Source: Nannocystales bacterium
Lineage (GTDB): Bacteria > Myxococcota_A > Polyangia > Nannocystales > Nannocystaceae
Assembly (NCBI GenBank): GCA_050633305.1
Contig: JBOEGF010000001.1
Coordinates: 32,001-96,000, forward strand
Reading direction: 5' to 3'
Length of the DNA: 64,000 nt
Part shown: piece after piece, positions 39,341 through 49,318 of the stretch
How the letters are laid out: the number at the start of each line of letters is the position of its first letter
How positions within the stretch are numbered: position 1 is the first letter of the stretch
The notes under the pieces: model-generated
The model's database searches: none
Told to the model about the DNA's origin: nothing
The model's input: the letters and a program-made list of their open reading frames with translations, nothing else
Translations under genes and position numbers: made by a program

Positions 39341-40267
39341 ATGCGCCTACTGACCTTCGATATCGAGGACTGGTTCCACATCCTCGAACACGAGCCGACC
39401 GCGGATCCCCGGACCTGGCCCCGGTTCGAGTCTCGGGTACGCCGTGGGACCGAACGGATCCTCGAGGCGCTCGCGCGGCACCAGCAACGCGCCACGTTCT
39501 TCTGTCTGGGGTGGGTGGCCGAGCGCTGCCCCGCGGTGGTGCGGGCGATCGATGAGGCGGGTCATGAGATCGGGACGCATTCGTATGCGCACCAGATGGT
39601 CCACCAGTTGACGCCCGCTGCGTTTGAGGCCGACCTGGCGCGTTCGATCGGTATTCTCTGTGAGCTGACCGGAAAACCGGTGACGTCGTACCGGGCTCCG
39701 GGGTTCTCGATCACGGCACAGACCCCGTGGGCGTTCGAGTCGCTGCTTCGAGCCGGGATCGAAACGGACGCGTCGCTGTTTCCGACGTGGCGGATGCACG
39801 GTGGGTTTCGCGGTGCGATGCGTCGACCGGGCTGGATCGAAACTCCGTCGGGACGCCTGCGCGAGTTTCCGATGTCGTTGTCCTCGGTCGCCGAGCTACC
39901 GGTCGCAGGCGGCGGATACTTCCGCTTGTTTCCGTCGCGGCTCGTTCACGCGCTGATACGGCGAGAGCCGTATGTGATGACGTACTTCCACCCCCGGGAC
40001 TTCGACGCAGGGCAACCGACCATCCCGGGGCTGAGCGCGCTCCGATGCCTCCGCAGCTACGTCGGGGTCTCGGGCGGGTTCGCGAAGTTCGAACGCATGC
40101 TGCGAGCGTTCCGGTTCGTCGACCTCGCGGAGGCGACGGCGCGGGTCGACTGGGCACACGCACCCACGATGCGGCCTGTGCCCGGACATGATGGCGGCAC
40201 GACCTGGGAACTCGTGCCGTCCGCTGCCAACGCGTCGACGGTCACACGGTTCGCAAAGAGTGCCTGA
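39341..40267 (+). CDS. polysaccharide deacetylase (CE4, DUF3473 / PEP-CTERM-locus type)
   Basis: TFDIEDWFH, ATFFCLGWVA, HEIGTHSYAH, YRAPGFS, GGGYFRL, YFHPRDFD. Confidence 0.88.
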   Translation: MRLLTFDIEDWFHILEHEPTADPRTWPRFESRVRRGTERILEALARHQQRATFFCLGWVAERCPAVVRAIDEAGHEIGTHSYAHQMVHQLTPAAFEADLARSIGILCELTGKPVTSYRAPGFSITAQTPWAFESLLRAGIETDASLFPTWRMHGGFRGAMRRPGWIETPSGRLREFPMSLSSVAELPVAGGGYFRLFPSRLVHALIRREPYVMTYFHPRDFDAGQPTIPGLSALRCLRSYVGVSGGFAKFERMLRAFRFVDLAEATARVDWAHAPTMRPVPGHDGGTTWELVPSAANASTVTRFAKSA

Positions 40268-40336
40268 GAGATGCGGACATGTTCCGAGACCGCGGCGCCG
40301 TCGCTGGCGTCCGCGGCCCACGATGAACGTACGCGC

Positions 40337-41038
40337 CTAGAGGAACGTGCCGCCGACGTGCAGTCCGAAGATCATCTGGTGCACGGGAGCGATGTCGCGG
40401 CTGCCGGTATCGAGGCAGGTGGTGGTGTTCCCCTCTTCTCGACAGGTCTTGCCATGGGCGTTGAGCAGGAGGTCCATCTTCGCGCCCACAAACACGCGCC
40501 GGGTCACGAAGATATCGATGGTCGGCTCAATCTTGAACGAGAAGCCTTGCGAGTAATCGCGGTCCCCGTTGTCGAGCACGAAGACCTGGCGCGAGAACCC
40601 CGGACCCATCCCCAGACCGAAGTCGAAGCGCCATGCGGCGAGCGTGGGTCGGAAGATGCCGTAGATGCTGTTTTGATAGGCACGCTTGTAGGTGCTGCTA
40701 TCGCGCCCCTCGATTTCGTACGAGGTGTCGAAGAACCCGAGGTTGTACGAGGCGCCCAGGAATGCCCATCGGTTGAAGCGATAGCCCAGCTCGGCCCCGA
40801 GCCCGACCGAGGGCCGCGTCTCGCCGTCGACGGTGACCCCCCCTTCGCTGACACTGTCGCGGGCACACTCGGCTTTGCCGGGGATACACGCTGCGCCGCC
40901 CAACATCACGCCCCACTGACCGCCTTTGCGCGTGATCCGGGGCTTGGCGTCCGCGGTTTGAGCCAGCGTCATGCCGCCGAGGACGACGGCAGCGGCGAGG
41001 GGCAGGCGGGCGGAACGGAGCAAGGTGGAGGTCTTCAT
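40337..41038 (-). CDS. outer-membrane beta-barrel protein
   Basis: Signal peptide, alternating strands (GAELGYRF), C-terminal FGLHVGGTFL. Confidence 0.7.
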   Translation of the reverse strand: MKTSTLLRSARLPLAAAVVLGGMTLAQTADAKPRITRKGGQWGVMLGGAACIPGKAECARDSVSEGGVTVDGETRPSVGLGAELGYRFNRWAFLGASYNLGFFDTSYEIEGRDSSTYKRAYQNSIYGIFRPTLAAWRFDFGLGMGPGFSRQVFVLDNGDRDYSQGFSFKIEPTIDIFVTRRVFVGAKMDLLLNAHGKTCREEGNTTTCLDTGSRDIAPVHQMIFGLHVGGTFL

Positions 41039-41285
41039 GACGGTGAGCAGCCGGGCGGTGTGGGCCAGGTCAGGACGGGGTGGCACACACGAACATTCAT
41101 CCGCGGCGCGCCCTCGAGCGCACCACGGGGGGGCTCCAGGGTCCAAGAAACCGGCGAGCGCTGCCTGGCGCAGAGTCCGGAAACGGTGCCGTGAGGGCAG
41201 GGCGTGGGCATGCGAGCCCCGCGCCAGTGGCGGTTGCGCACGGCCCGGCTGATGGGCCGGACGAGCTGTGGCATCCTAGTGGACG

Positions 41286-43205
41286 ATGGTGGAGCGCTTG
41301 TGGCTGTTGTTTTTCGTGTTTGCGCTACCCGCGTGCACGAATTCCGGGGTGTTCACCTGCTTCGACGACGGCTCCTGCGCCAAGGGTAGTCTCACGGGCC
41401 GGTGTGAAGCCAACGGCTACTGCAGCTTCCCGGACGAGACGTGTGTCTCGGGCCGGAGATACGGGGCGCTTGCGCCCGGCGGCCTCGCGGACCGCTGCTT
41501 GTCTCCGGAGGCGGCTGGCGAGACCGATTCGGACAGCGCAGGTGAGGGCACTCCGGAGCCCGCGGTTTGCGGGGATGGCGTGCGTGAGCAGGACGAGGCC
41601 TGCGACGGGACTGAGCTTGGGGACAGCACCTGTGCGAGCGAGGGCTTCGCGAGCGGTCCGTTGCGCTGCAACCCGGACTGCACGCTCGACGTCGGGCTGT
41701 GCACGCAATGCGGCGATGGTGCGATCGATGCGGGCGAAGAGTGTGACGGGGCGAGTTTCGCCGACGCGAGCAGCTGCGCCGACGTCGGTCTCGGTGAACC
41801 CACGGAGCCGCTGGGCTGCACGGACGATTGCCGCATCGAGTTCTCGGAATGCTCCGCCTGCGGCGACGGCATGGTCACCCCTCCGGAGGTCTGCGACGGC
41901 GATGATATCGGCGAGCAAACATGTGCCGGCCTCGGCTTCGAAGGCGGCACGGTGTCGTGCCTCGAGGGGTGTGTCGTCGACACGTCGGGCTGCACGGCGT
42001 GTGGAAACGGAATGCGTGAGGGGACGGAGCCGTGCGACAGCCCTGACCTTGGGGACGCGGACTGCCAGTCGTTGGACTTCGACGGTGGAGCGCTGGGCTG
42101 CAACGCCGACTGCTCGTTCGACACCACCAACTGTTCGACCTGCGGAGACGGGATGGTGACCGGCGCTGAAGAGTGCGACGGCGAGAATGTCGGCGGCGCA
42201 ACATGCCAGGGCGAGGGAATGGCCGAGGGGGAGATCGCCTGCAACGCGGATTGCACGTTGGACACCTCCGACTGCAGCACCTGCGACAACGGGGTCCAGG
42301 AGGGCTCGGAGATCTGTGACACCACCCCCCCCGCGGGCGTCTCGTGTGACTCGCTTGGCTTCGATGGGGGCACGCTCGTGTGCACCGCGGAATGTGTCTA
42401 CGACATCGAGGGATGCGTCGGCTCAGGCTGCGGAGACGGTGCTCCGTGTGCCGCCGGTGAGGTGGAGCAGGAGTCTTGTGGCCTGTGCGGGAGCCGTTCT
42501 CGCACCTGCACGCCGGACTGTATCTGGGGGGCGTGGAGCAGCTGTACCGGAGAGGGCACGTGTCCCGCCGGCGACGTTGCGGAGGAGAGCTGTGGCGACT
42601 GCGGAACCCGAACCCGCACGTGCAACGCTTCGTGTGGCTGGAACAGCTGGGGCACGTGCACCGGCCAAGGTGTCTGCAGTCCCGCCGACGACCAGCAGCA
42701 GAGCTGCGGAAACTGTGGAACGCAGACGCGAACGTGCAGCGGAAGTTGCGGGTGGAACGCTTGGACGGCCTGCGCCGGCGAGGGCGTGTGCGCCTCGGGT
42801 GCCAACGAGGAGGAAGGCTGTGGCAACTGCGGGACCCGGACCCGGACCTGCAACGGCAGCTGTGGGTGGGGGTCGTGGGGGTCGTGCGGCGGTGAGGGCG
42901 TCTGTGCGGCTGGCGAAGTCGAGGAGGAGGCCTGCGGCAACTGTGGCACCCGGACCCGCACCTGCTCGGCCGGCTGCGGCTGGGGGTCGTGGAGTGCCTG
43001 CACCGGAGCGGGGACCTGCTCACCGGGCGCGACCCAGACGGACAACAACTGTGCGAACTGCGGAGGAGGCTCAAGGACCCGCACGTGCTCGGCGAGTTGC
43101 GAGTGGGGCTCGTACGGCTCGTGTGTAGGGGGTACGCAGTGCTCTGGCGGGCAGATTTGTGTTTGCGAGGGGTTCTGTGGGTCGATGGGCAACCAGTGTC
43201 CCTAA
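41286..43205 (+). CDS. Cys-rich repeat lipoprotein (CGDG repeats plus TSP1-like repeats)
   Basis: Lipobox LPAC; about 6 CGDG..E.CDG..C units, then 6 CG.CGTRTRTC..C.W..W..C-type units. Confidence 0.82.
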   Translation: MVERLWLLFFVFALPACTNSGVFTCFDDGSCAKGSLTGRCEANGYCSFPDETCVSGRRYGALAPGGLADRCLSPEAAGETDSDSAGEGTPEPAVCGDGVREQDEACDGTELGDSTCASEGFASGPLRCNPDCTLDVGLCTQCGDGAIDAGEECDGASFADASSCADVGLGEPTEPLGCTDDCRIEFSECSACGDGMVTPPEVCDGDDIGEQTCAGLGFEGGTVSCLEGCVVDTSGCTACGNGMREGTEPCDSPDLGDADCQSLDFDGGALGCNADCSFDTTNCSTCGDGMVTGAEECDGENVGGATCQGEGMAEGEIACNADCTLDTSDCSTCDNGVQEGSEICDTTPPAGVSCDSLGFDGGTLVCTAECVYDIEGCVGSGCGDGAPCAAGEVEQESCGLCGSRSRTCTPDCIWGAWSSCTGEGTCPAGDVAEESCGDCGTRTRTCNASCGWNSWGTCTGQGVCSPADDQQQSCGNCGTQTRTCSGSCGWNAWTACAGEGVCASGANEEEGCGNCGTRTRTCNGSCGWGSWGSCGGEGVCAAGEVEEEACGNCGTRTRTCSAGCGWGSWSACTGAGTCSPGATQTDNNCANCGGGSRTRTCSASCEWGSYGSCVGGTQCSGGQICVCEGFCGSMGNQCP

Positions 43206-43241
43206 CCGGGGGAGGGTGAACTCCCACAGTGCCCGGGGTCG

Positions 43242-44129
43242 CTACAGCGCACGAAGTGACTCGGGCTTGAGCCGCCGCTCGTCGCGGTCCGCGATGACCT
43301 TGTCCAAGGCATCGAGGACAGCCGCCTTGTCTCGCGGCAGGGTGCAGCGGACGGGGAGATAGTTCGAGGCGTGGTTGGCGGAGAACCGGCACTCGCTGAG
43401 TTCGACGCCCGCGACGATCTCTCGGAGCTCCTCGAGCATCCGGAACTTGCTGGGAAGACGGAACGAGCCCGCGGCCTCCATCTCCGCAAGGGGCGTCCCG
43501 GGGACCACGGTCGTCGTGAGCGCGCCGACGTAGGTCGGATCCATCTCGGAGAGCGTCGCGGCGGTGTTGCGCGCGTGCTGCTTGCTGAGGTCTTCGCCGC
43601 CCACGCCGAGCAGCACCATCACGGAGTGCGCGATGCCGGCATCACGAAGCTTGGCCGCCGAGGTGATCGACTCTTCGCGGGTCCCACCCTTGTCGATGCG
43701 TTCGAGCACCGCTTCGTCGCCGCTTTCCATGCCGTGATAGACGATGCCCAACCCCGCTTCGCGTAGCGTGGTGAGCTCGGCGACCGACTTGCGCCCGATG
43801 CTCCGGGTATCGCCGTAGGTTCCGACGCGCTCGACCCACGGGAGCTTGGTGCGGATGGCCTCGAGGATGGGCAGCAGCTTCTTCGTCGGCAGGATCAGCG
43901 CGTCCCCATCGCACAGGAACACGCGGCGAAACTGTGGACCGGTCTGCTTGCAGAGCTCTGCGGCCTCGTCGATGTCCGCGAGAACCGTGTCGACAGGCTT
44001 GGGTCGGAACTGCTTGTCCCGATACATGTCGCAGTAGACGCAGCGGTTGTGGCTGCAGCCGATCGTGACCTGCACCAGGAAACTGTTGGCCTCGCTGGGC
44101 GGGCGGAAGATGCGGCCGACGTAGTCCAT
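43242..44129 (-). CDS. radical SAM protein
   Basis: RPPSEA..QVTIGCSHNRCVYCDMY, FLCDGDAL, GMESG, ANHASNYL. Confidence 0.88.
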   Translation of the reverse strand: MDYVGRIFRPPSEANSFLVQVTIGCSHNRCVYCDMYRDKQFRPKPVDTVLADIDEAAELCKQTGPQFRRVFLCDGDALILPTKKLLPILEAIRTKLPWVERVGTYGDTRSIGRKSVAELTTLREAGLGIVYHGMESGDEAVLERIDKGGTREESITSAAKLRDAGIAHSVMVLLGVGGEDLSKQHARNTAATLSEMDPTYVGALTTTVVPGTPLAEMEAAGSFRLPSKFRMLEELREIVAGVELSECRFSANHASNYLPVRCTLPRDKAAVLDALDKVIADRDERRLKPESLRAL

Positions 44130-44190
44130 GCGTGACAGCGTCGATCGCTTTGCCCCGACTCGCAAGGCTTTCGCGAACCGGGTCGTCCCT

Positions 44191-44985
44191 CTAGTAGTGG
44201 TAGATGAGTTCGTATGCGGTGCAGGCGTCCTCGGCTTGGTCGACCCGCATGAAGACCTGCATGTTGTCCTCGAGCACGCCCGAGCAGTTGGCGTCGCCCA
44301 GGACCACCCCTGCAGGGGCACAGCACCCCGGGCGTCCCAAGGGAGAGGTCGCAGCCTCGGTCTCGGCCGGACACTCGAACTCCGTGTCTTCGATGCCGCC
44401 TTCGCACTCGGCAAACTTGCACAGCCGCAGCCCACCGCTGGCCTTCACGAATCGAGCGGGGTCGACGTTGGACAGGATGTCGTCGTCCCCGGTGTAGCGA
44501 TACCAATCCACGTCATCGGGGCCGTCGAGTGTCCCGAAAACTGAGCCTCCGTCGCCGTCGTCGTCGCTGATCTCACCGAGAAGGGTGGGGGTCGCCTCCT
44601 CGTCGTTCGGTTCGAGCAGGTCGCTCTCGCAGGCTGAGGGGGGCGCGCACAGGCCGTCGGTGCAGGCGAGCCCGTCGGTGCAGGTTTCGCCGTCGCACGC
44701 ACAGCCGAGGGTGCCGAGGGGGCATCCGGTGCTTTCGCTCGAGCTCTCTGCGGCGTCGGTGGTGTCCGCCGAGGAGCCGGTCGAGGTCGACGACGCGGTG
44801 CCAGTGCCACCGGTGGGGGCCGAATCCGACGCACTGATCGCGGTCGTGCTCGGCGGCGTGCCGCTCGAGCTGTCATCACCAGTCGACGTGCCGCCGGAGC
44901 TGCCCGGGTTGACGCCCCCCGGAGCGTCGGTGTCGCCGCACGCAGAGAGGACCAACGCAAACGCAAGCAAACCAAAGCACCGCAT
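44191..44985 (-). CDS. Cys-rich lipoprotein with EPND / PPC-like domain
   Basis: Lipobox LSAC, Ser/Thr linker, CPLGTLGCAC, LEPND, DDVDWYRY. Confidence 0.72.
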   Translation of the reverse strand: MRCFGLLAFALVLSACGDTDAPGGVNPGSSGGTSTGDDSSSGTPPSTTAISASDSAPTGGTGTASSTSTGSSADTTDAAESSSESTGCPLGTLGCACDGETCTDGLACTDGLCAPPSACESDLLEPNDEEATPTLLGEISDDDGDGGSVFGTLDGPDDVDWYRYTGDDDILSNVDPARFVKASGGLRLCKFAECEGGIEDTEFECPAETEAATSPLGRPGCCAPAGVVLGDANCSGVLEDNMQVFMRVDQAEDACTAYELIYHY

Positions 44986-45063
44986 CGAGACCGACCCTAC
45001 CAGCCCCGCGGAGCAGCGGCGAGGCGGCTGGGGCGGGGTTTCAGGGACGCATGCGGAGGTGCG

Positions 45064-45945
45064 CTACTCGCCAGCGTCGATCACCAGGACGCCCGCACCG
45101 GATTCGAAGGCGACGTCAAAGCAGACTCCACGCGTCGGGAGTTCACCAGGCGAGAGGGACAGCTCCCCCTCGATACCGATCTTGCGCTGGGCCATGTTCA
45201 CGATGAGGCCTGCGAAATCCGCGAGCAGGACGGGAGCCAGCTGGTGGGCCCAAGAAGCCGTGGCCGCTCTTCCCCGAGAGCCCAGCCCCGTGGCGACGCC
45301 GTGTGCGACCGAGACGCCCAGCGATAGCCCCTTACCTCCTCTGGCTGAGGCCGTGGCGTGGACGTCGAGCCCGTCGTTGTCCCAGGTCCGGGGCGAGCTG
45401 AAGCGCATCGTGGAGCCGATCGTGCGTCGGGCCACCCGTGGAATGAGGTCCGCCGTCATGCGGGCAAGCGGGGATGCAGCCGTGGGCAGGCTCGGGGCAG
45501 GCCAGTGGTTCTCGCGGTCATAGACGCGCAGATGTTCTTCGAGCGCAGTGGAGGTCACCGCGCCGACCTCGACCAGCGCGTCGCCAAAACGCAGGTTTTC
45601 GACCGCTTGTTCGGCGCACAAGGATTCGAGCTGGTCCCCGCCGAGCCCCATCGAAGCGGCGAGTTCGAAGAAACGCTCGTCGACCTGACGCTGGGCATCG
45701 AGAATGCTCTGGACTTGGTCGTCGGAGAGCAGACCTTCACCGACGGCGATCTCGCCCACCGGGCTGTTGACCAGGCGCATCAGCTCGAGCGCCTCGGAGA
45801 CGTCCACCGCTCGGATGACGCCCTCCTCCACGAGGTACTGGCCGAAAAGGCGCGGAAGGCGACGCCGCGTGAGCGGGACGGCGAGTTGCACAGGGCGGGC
45901 CGTTTCGAACTCTGATTGCTGCTCCATGGTGTCGCTTAGGGCCAT
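45064..45945 (-). CDS. protein with MshEN/GspE-N-like repeats and possible CheX-like C-terminus
   Basis: RLFGQYLVEEGVI, PVGEIAVGEGLL..ILDAQ, RFGDALVEVGAV. Confidence 0.55.
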   Translation of the reverse strand: MALSDTMEQQSEFETARPVQLAVPLTRRRLPRLFGQYLVEEGVIRAVDVSEALELMRLVNSPVGEIAVGEGLLSDDQVQSILDAQRQVDERFFELAASMGLGGDQLESLCAEQAVENLRFGDALVEVGAVTSTALEEHLRVYDRENHWPAPSLPTAASPLARMTADLIPRVARRTIGSTMRFSSPRTWDNDGLDVHATASARGGKGLSLGVSVAHGVATGLGSRGRAATASWAHQLAPVLLADFAGLIVNMAQRKIGIEGELSLSPGELPTRGVCFDVAFESGAGVLVIDAGE

Positions 45946-46043
45946 CGTCCAGCCTCTGGGACCCTTGAAAGCGCGGCGCGCCCGCATCGCTGTTTCGTGG
46001 TCGAGCCGCGTCCATCAACACCGGAGGATGGCGGCCACAAAGA

Positions 46044-46655
46044 ATGGATTCTACACTGCGCGCGATGGACCCCGCCGTCTACGCCACTGCGAAAGCCGTC
46101 CACATCGTCGGCTTCATCAGCTGGTTCGCCGGGTTGTTCTACATCGTACGGCTGTTCATCTATCACGCCGAGGCGAGCGAGCGTCCACAGGCCGAGCGGG
46201 AGATTCTGCTGCCGCAGCTCGAACTGATGGCGGGTCGTCTGTGGAAGATCATCACCGTCCCTGCGTCGTTTCTCACCTTCGGCGGTGGCATCACGATGGT
46301 GGTCGGGGGTTGGCCGTTCGCATCATGGCTGCATTGGAAGTTTCTGTGGCTGGCGCTTCTGGTCGCGTACCACGTGAGCTGCGGAGTCATCCGCAAGCGG
46401 CAGCTCGCGCGCGACTTCGGTTGGAGCTCGAACCGCCTGCGGATGTTCAACGAACTCGCGACCATGCTGATGGTTGCCATCGTGTTCACAGCGGTGTTCA
46501 AGGTCGCGATGACAGCTGCGTACGGGGTGGCGGGCTTGCTGGGCCTTGGGCTGTCGTTGATGTTTGGGCTGCGGGCGTATCGCAAACTCCGAGAACGCAC
46601 GGCCTCGACGCCGACGCCGCCCGAGTCGACTCCCGAGACCCGCCCGCAGGCGTAG
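46044..46655 (+). CDS. hemJ: protoporphyrinogen oxidase HemJ
   Basis: KAVHIVGFISWFAGLFYIVRLFIYHAE, WLHWK, RMFNE. Confidence 0.87.
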   Translation: MDSTLRAMDPAVYATAKAVHIVGFISWFAGLFYIVRLFIYHAEASERPQAEREILLPQLELMAGRLWKIITVPASFLTFGGGITMVVGGWPFASWLHWKFLWLALLVAYHVSCGVIRKRQLARDFGWSSNRLRMFNELATMLMVAIVFTAVFKVAMTAAYGVAGLLGLGLSLMFGLRAYRKLRERTASTPTPPESTPETRPQA

Positions 46656-46690
46656 CGGTCACAGCGCAGCTCTGGCACCATGGCGGCGGG

Positions 46691-47617
46691 ATGTTGATGC
46701 AACGATGCCTTGGTGTGGTGGCCGTGCTCGCGATCGCGGCGTGTGATTCTGGCGCTTCGGCGGGGGAGACCGACGGGGGAACCGAAGGAGCGTCATCCTC
46801 TGCGACGACCGGAGCCGATACCAGCGGAGTCCCGACGACGAACCCTGGAAATGGCGATGCGAGCGCGAGCGGCACGACGGACGCTTCGAGCACCTCTTCG
46901 GGCGACTCCTCCGGCGGTTCCACGGGGGCCACCGGCCTCCCCGACGGGCAGGGATGCTGCGACCCGCATCAGCAAGAAGGGTGTGAGGAGGCTGCGGTCG
47001 AAGAGTGCGTGTGCGCGGCTCTTCCTCAGTGCTGCGTGTTCTCTTGGGACGAGGAGTGTGCCGACCTCGCACAGGCGCGGTGCGAAGCAACATGCGAGTC
47101 GGACGAGTCGGGTTCGACGGGGGCGGAGTCCGGGTCGGAGACCGGCTCGGACACCTCGGTGGGAGCGTGCGAGGAGCCGGTCGTCCTCGAGCTGGGGGCG
47201 GACGTGGCCGCGCTCACCGGCAACTGGGTTCCCAGCGAGTCCGAGGTCGGGGAAGGCGACATCGCAGTGCTGATGGGCGGAACCAACGGCGCAGTCACCT
47301 GGGACATCGACGTACCCTGCGACGACACTTGGTTCATCTGGGTTCGCTACTGGGAGCAAGGCAGCGACGACTCCTACTTCGTGACCGTGGACGGTGCACC
47401 AGAGGTGCCGGCGATCTTCGAAGGCGACTGCGGCAACGGGGGGCAGGGGTACAGCTGGCGACTTCTCAACGAACGTGCCGACGCTCCCTGCGTCTATACC
47501 CAAGACCCCTGGGCGCCGCAGTGGGAGACCGGAAACCACGAGGTTGCGTTCTCGTATCGCGAGTCGATCGCGATCGCCCGGATCGTGGTGACCAACGATC
47601 CCGAATACGCTCCGTAG
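46691..47617 (+). CDS. lipoprotein with Cys-rich module and carbohydrate-binding-like C-terminal domain
   Basis: Lipobox IAAC; CCDPH..GC..CVC..CC..WD..C module; WFIWVRY..DDSYFVTVDG beta-sandwich; start reassigned to 46691. Confidence 0.68.
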   Translation: MLMQRCLGVVAVLAIAACDSGASAGETDGGTEGASSSATTGADTSGVPTTNPGNGDASASGTTDASSTSSGDSSGGSTGATGLPDGQGCCDPHQQEGCEEAAVEECVCAALPQCCVFSWDEECADLAQARCEATCESDESGSTGAESGSETGSDTSVGACEEPVVLELGADVAALTGNWVPSESEVGEGDIAVLMGGTNGAVTWDIDVPCDDTWFIWVRYWEQGSDDSYFVTVDGAPEVPAIFEGDCGNGGQGYSWRLLNERADAPCVYTQDPWAPQWETGNHEVAFSYRESIAIARIVVTNDPEYAP

Positions 47618-47699
47618 CCTTCGTAGGCTGCCTCAGCAAAGCAACACGGCGGCCGTTCGCCCGCGGGGGGCCCATGGCATTCTGCTACCGTCGCGAGCC

Positions 47700-49244
47700 A
47701 TGGGTGAACGGTCGGGTTTGTGGCGATGCGGCGCGCTCCTGCTGGTCGCGACGGGGTGTTCGGGGTCCGAGGAGACCGACACCGACGCGGTTTCGGTGAC
47801 CTCGAGTTCAGATGCCTCGGGCACAACGCAGGGGTCGGGGAGCGGACCAGGGACGACAGTCGGCACGTCGGGACAGGACACGGAGAGCACGGGTTCTGAC
47901 CCATCCTCGGATGAGACGGGTACCCCGCCAACTTCGGGTGTTGGGGCGCGCCTGTTCAACGTTGCGATGGATCGACCCGACCCGCGGTGGGAGGCGCTCC
48001 CCGACGCGTTGTCGACCGTGCAGCTGAGCGGCACGTATACGCTCGAGGCGACGGTTCCGGTGGGCGTTGCCAGCGTGCGCCTCACATTGGATGGGGGCGA
48101 TTCGGTGCTCGATGTCGAGGCACCGTTCCGGTGGACCGAGGACGCGCAGGGCAACGCGGCAGCGATGGAACTAGCCCCCGGGGAGTACAGCTTGCGGGTG
48201 GAGGGGTTCAGTTCGGACGAGGCTTCGGGGGCCCCCGCGTACAGTGGCGACATCGCGTTCGAGTTGACGACGCGGGGCACCAACGAGAGCCCTGGTGCTC
48301 ACGCCGTGCACCGGATCTGGCAGACGGCGGACGGGACGTTCGTCACCCGCGACGCGAAGGGGAACTTCATCGACGCGGACGGAACGGTGGTGTTCCCCGC
48401 GGCGTCGGTGAGTGAGGTCGAGCAGGGCGGCGAGGGACAGCGGCACGTGCTCATCGACGGTTCTGCCGACGCGATCGTATTCGCCTTCATGGTGGCGCTT
48501 CCCGATGGCTTCGATGCCGAGGTCCCCTACCCGCTGGTCGTCTTCCTGCACCATGGCTGGGGGGTCTACCGGGGGACCGACAACGACGGGCTTCCGCTCG
48601 ATGCTCCGTTGTTCGCCGGCCCTCGTTCGCTGATTGCAGAGTCCGACGAGCACGCACGTTTTCCGGCGGTCGTGCTCATCCCCCAGATGCGCGGGGTCGA
48701 GACCGTCGAGGGCATCACGCACGAATGGGCGGCGTTCTCCAGCATCACCGACGGGACGTCAAACTCGGGGCCGGAGCTGTCGAACAACTTCGTGCCGGTT
48801 CTCGAGGTGATCGATCGCCTCGAGACGGGGGAACTCTCGGTGGACGCTCAGCGGCCACGCGTCGACCCTCACCGGGTCTATGTCGCTGGGCACTCGATGG
48901 GCGGCCTGGGCTCGTGGGATGTGCTGGCCCGAATGCCGGATCGTTGGGCGGCTGGGGTCCCGATGGCGGGCTATGCCGACCACGCGCGAGCGGTCGAGTT
49001 GAGCGACACGCCGATCTGGGCGTTCCACCACGAGAACGACTGCTACAACCCCGCCAGTGGCACGCAGGCCATGCTCGGGTTGGTCACGGAGACCCACGGC
49101 GGCACGCGCATGCGCTATACGTTGCAGAGGTTCGATACGGGGGGTGCCTGCGATCAGGCGCACTTCCAGACGCCGAACTACGCATGGAATGAGGAGCCCG
49201 GGCTCTTCGAGTGGATGTTCGGCCAGGTCAACGACCGCCTCTGA
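47700..49244 (+). CDS. lipoprotein with alpha/beta hydrolase (esterase/peptidase-like) domain
   Basis: Lipobox ATGC; YPLVVFLHH, RVYVAGHSMGG, PIWAFHHEND. Confidence 0.8.
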   Translation: MGERSGLWRCGALLLVATGCSGSEETDTDAVSVTSSSDASGTTQGSGSGPGTTVGTSGQDTESTGSDPSSDETGTPPTSGVGARLFNVAMDRPDPRWEALPDALSTVQLSGTYTLEATVPVGVASVRLTLDGGDSVLDVEAPFRWTEDAQGNAAAMELAPGEYSLRVEGFSSDEASGAPAYSGDIAFELTTRGTNESPGAHAVHRIWQTADGTFVTRDAKGNFIDADGTVVFPAASVSEVEQGGEGQRHVLIDGSADAIVFAFMVALPDGFDAEVPYPLVVFLHHGWGVYRGTDNDGLPLDAPLFAGPRSLIAESDEHARFPAVVLIPQMRGVETVEGITHEWAAFSSITDGTSNSGPELSNNFVPVLEVIDRLETGELSVDAQRPRVDPHRVYVAGHSMGGLGSWDVLARMPDRWAAGVPMAGYADHARAVELSDTPIWAFHHENDCYNPASGTQAMLGLVTETHGGTRMRYTLQRFDTGGACDQAHFQTPNYAWNEEPGLFEWMFGQVNDRL

Positions 49245-49254
49245 TGCCCACACG

Positions 49255-49293
49255 AACAAGGCCGCCACCGGAGTGTCCGGGAGCGGCCTTGTT
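49255..49293. terminator. hairpin between convergent genes (possible bidirectional terminator)
   Basis: AACAAGGCCGC / GCGGCCTTGTT 11-bp inverted repeat. Confidence 0.6.
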
Positions 49294-49318
49294 GTGAGGG
49301 GGAGTTGATGGCGGCTGC

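Noticed and set aside
42440..43130. Approximately 117-bp periodic DNA repeats
   Set aside because: Fully explained by protein-level Cys-rich repeats
43242..44129. Radical SAM next to a Cys-rich gene as a possible RiPP system
   Set aside because: The genes are convergent, the Cys-rich product is a 639-aa lipoprotein rather than a precursor peptide, and no SPASM domain or dedicated transporter is seen
45704..46690. Upstream part of the 637-aa ORF at 45704-47617
   Set aside because: Overlaps hemJ and the MshEN-like gene; the lipoprotein signal starts at about 46691
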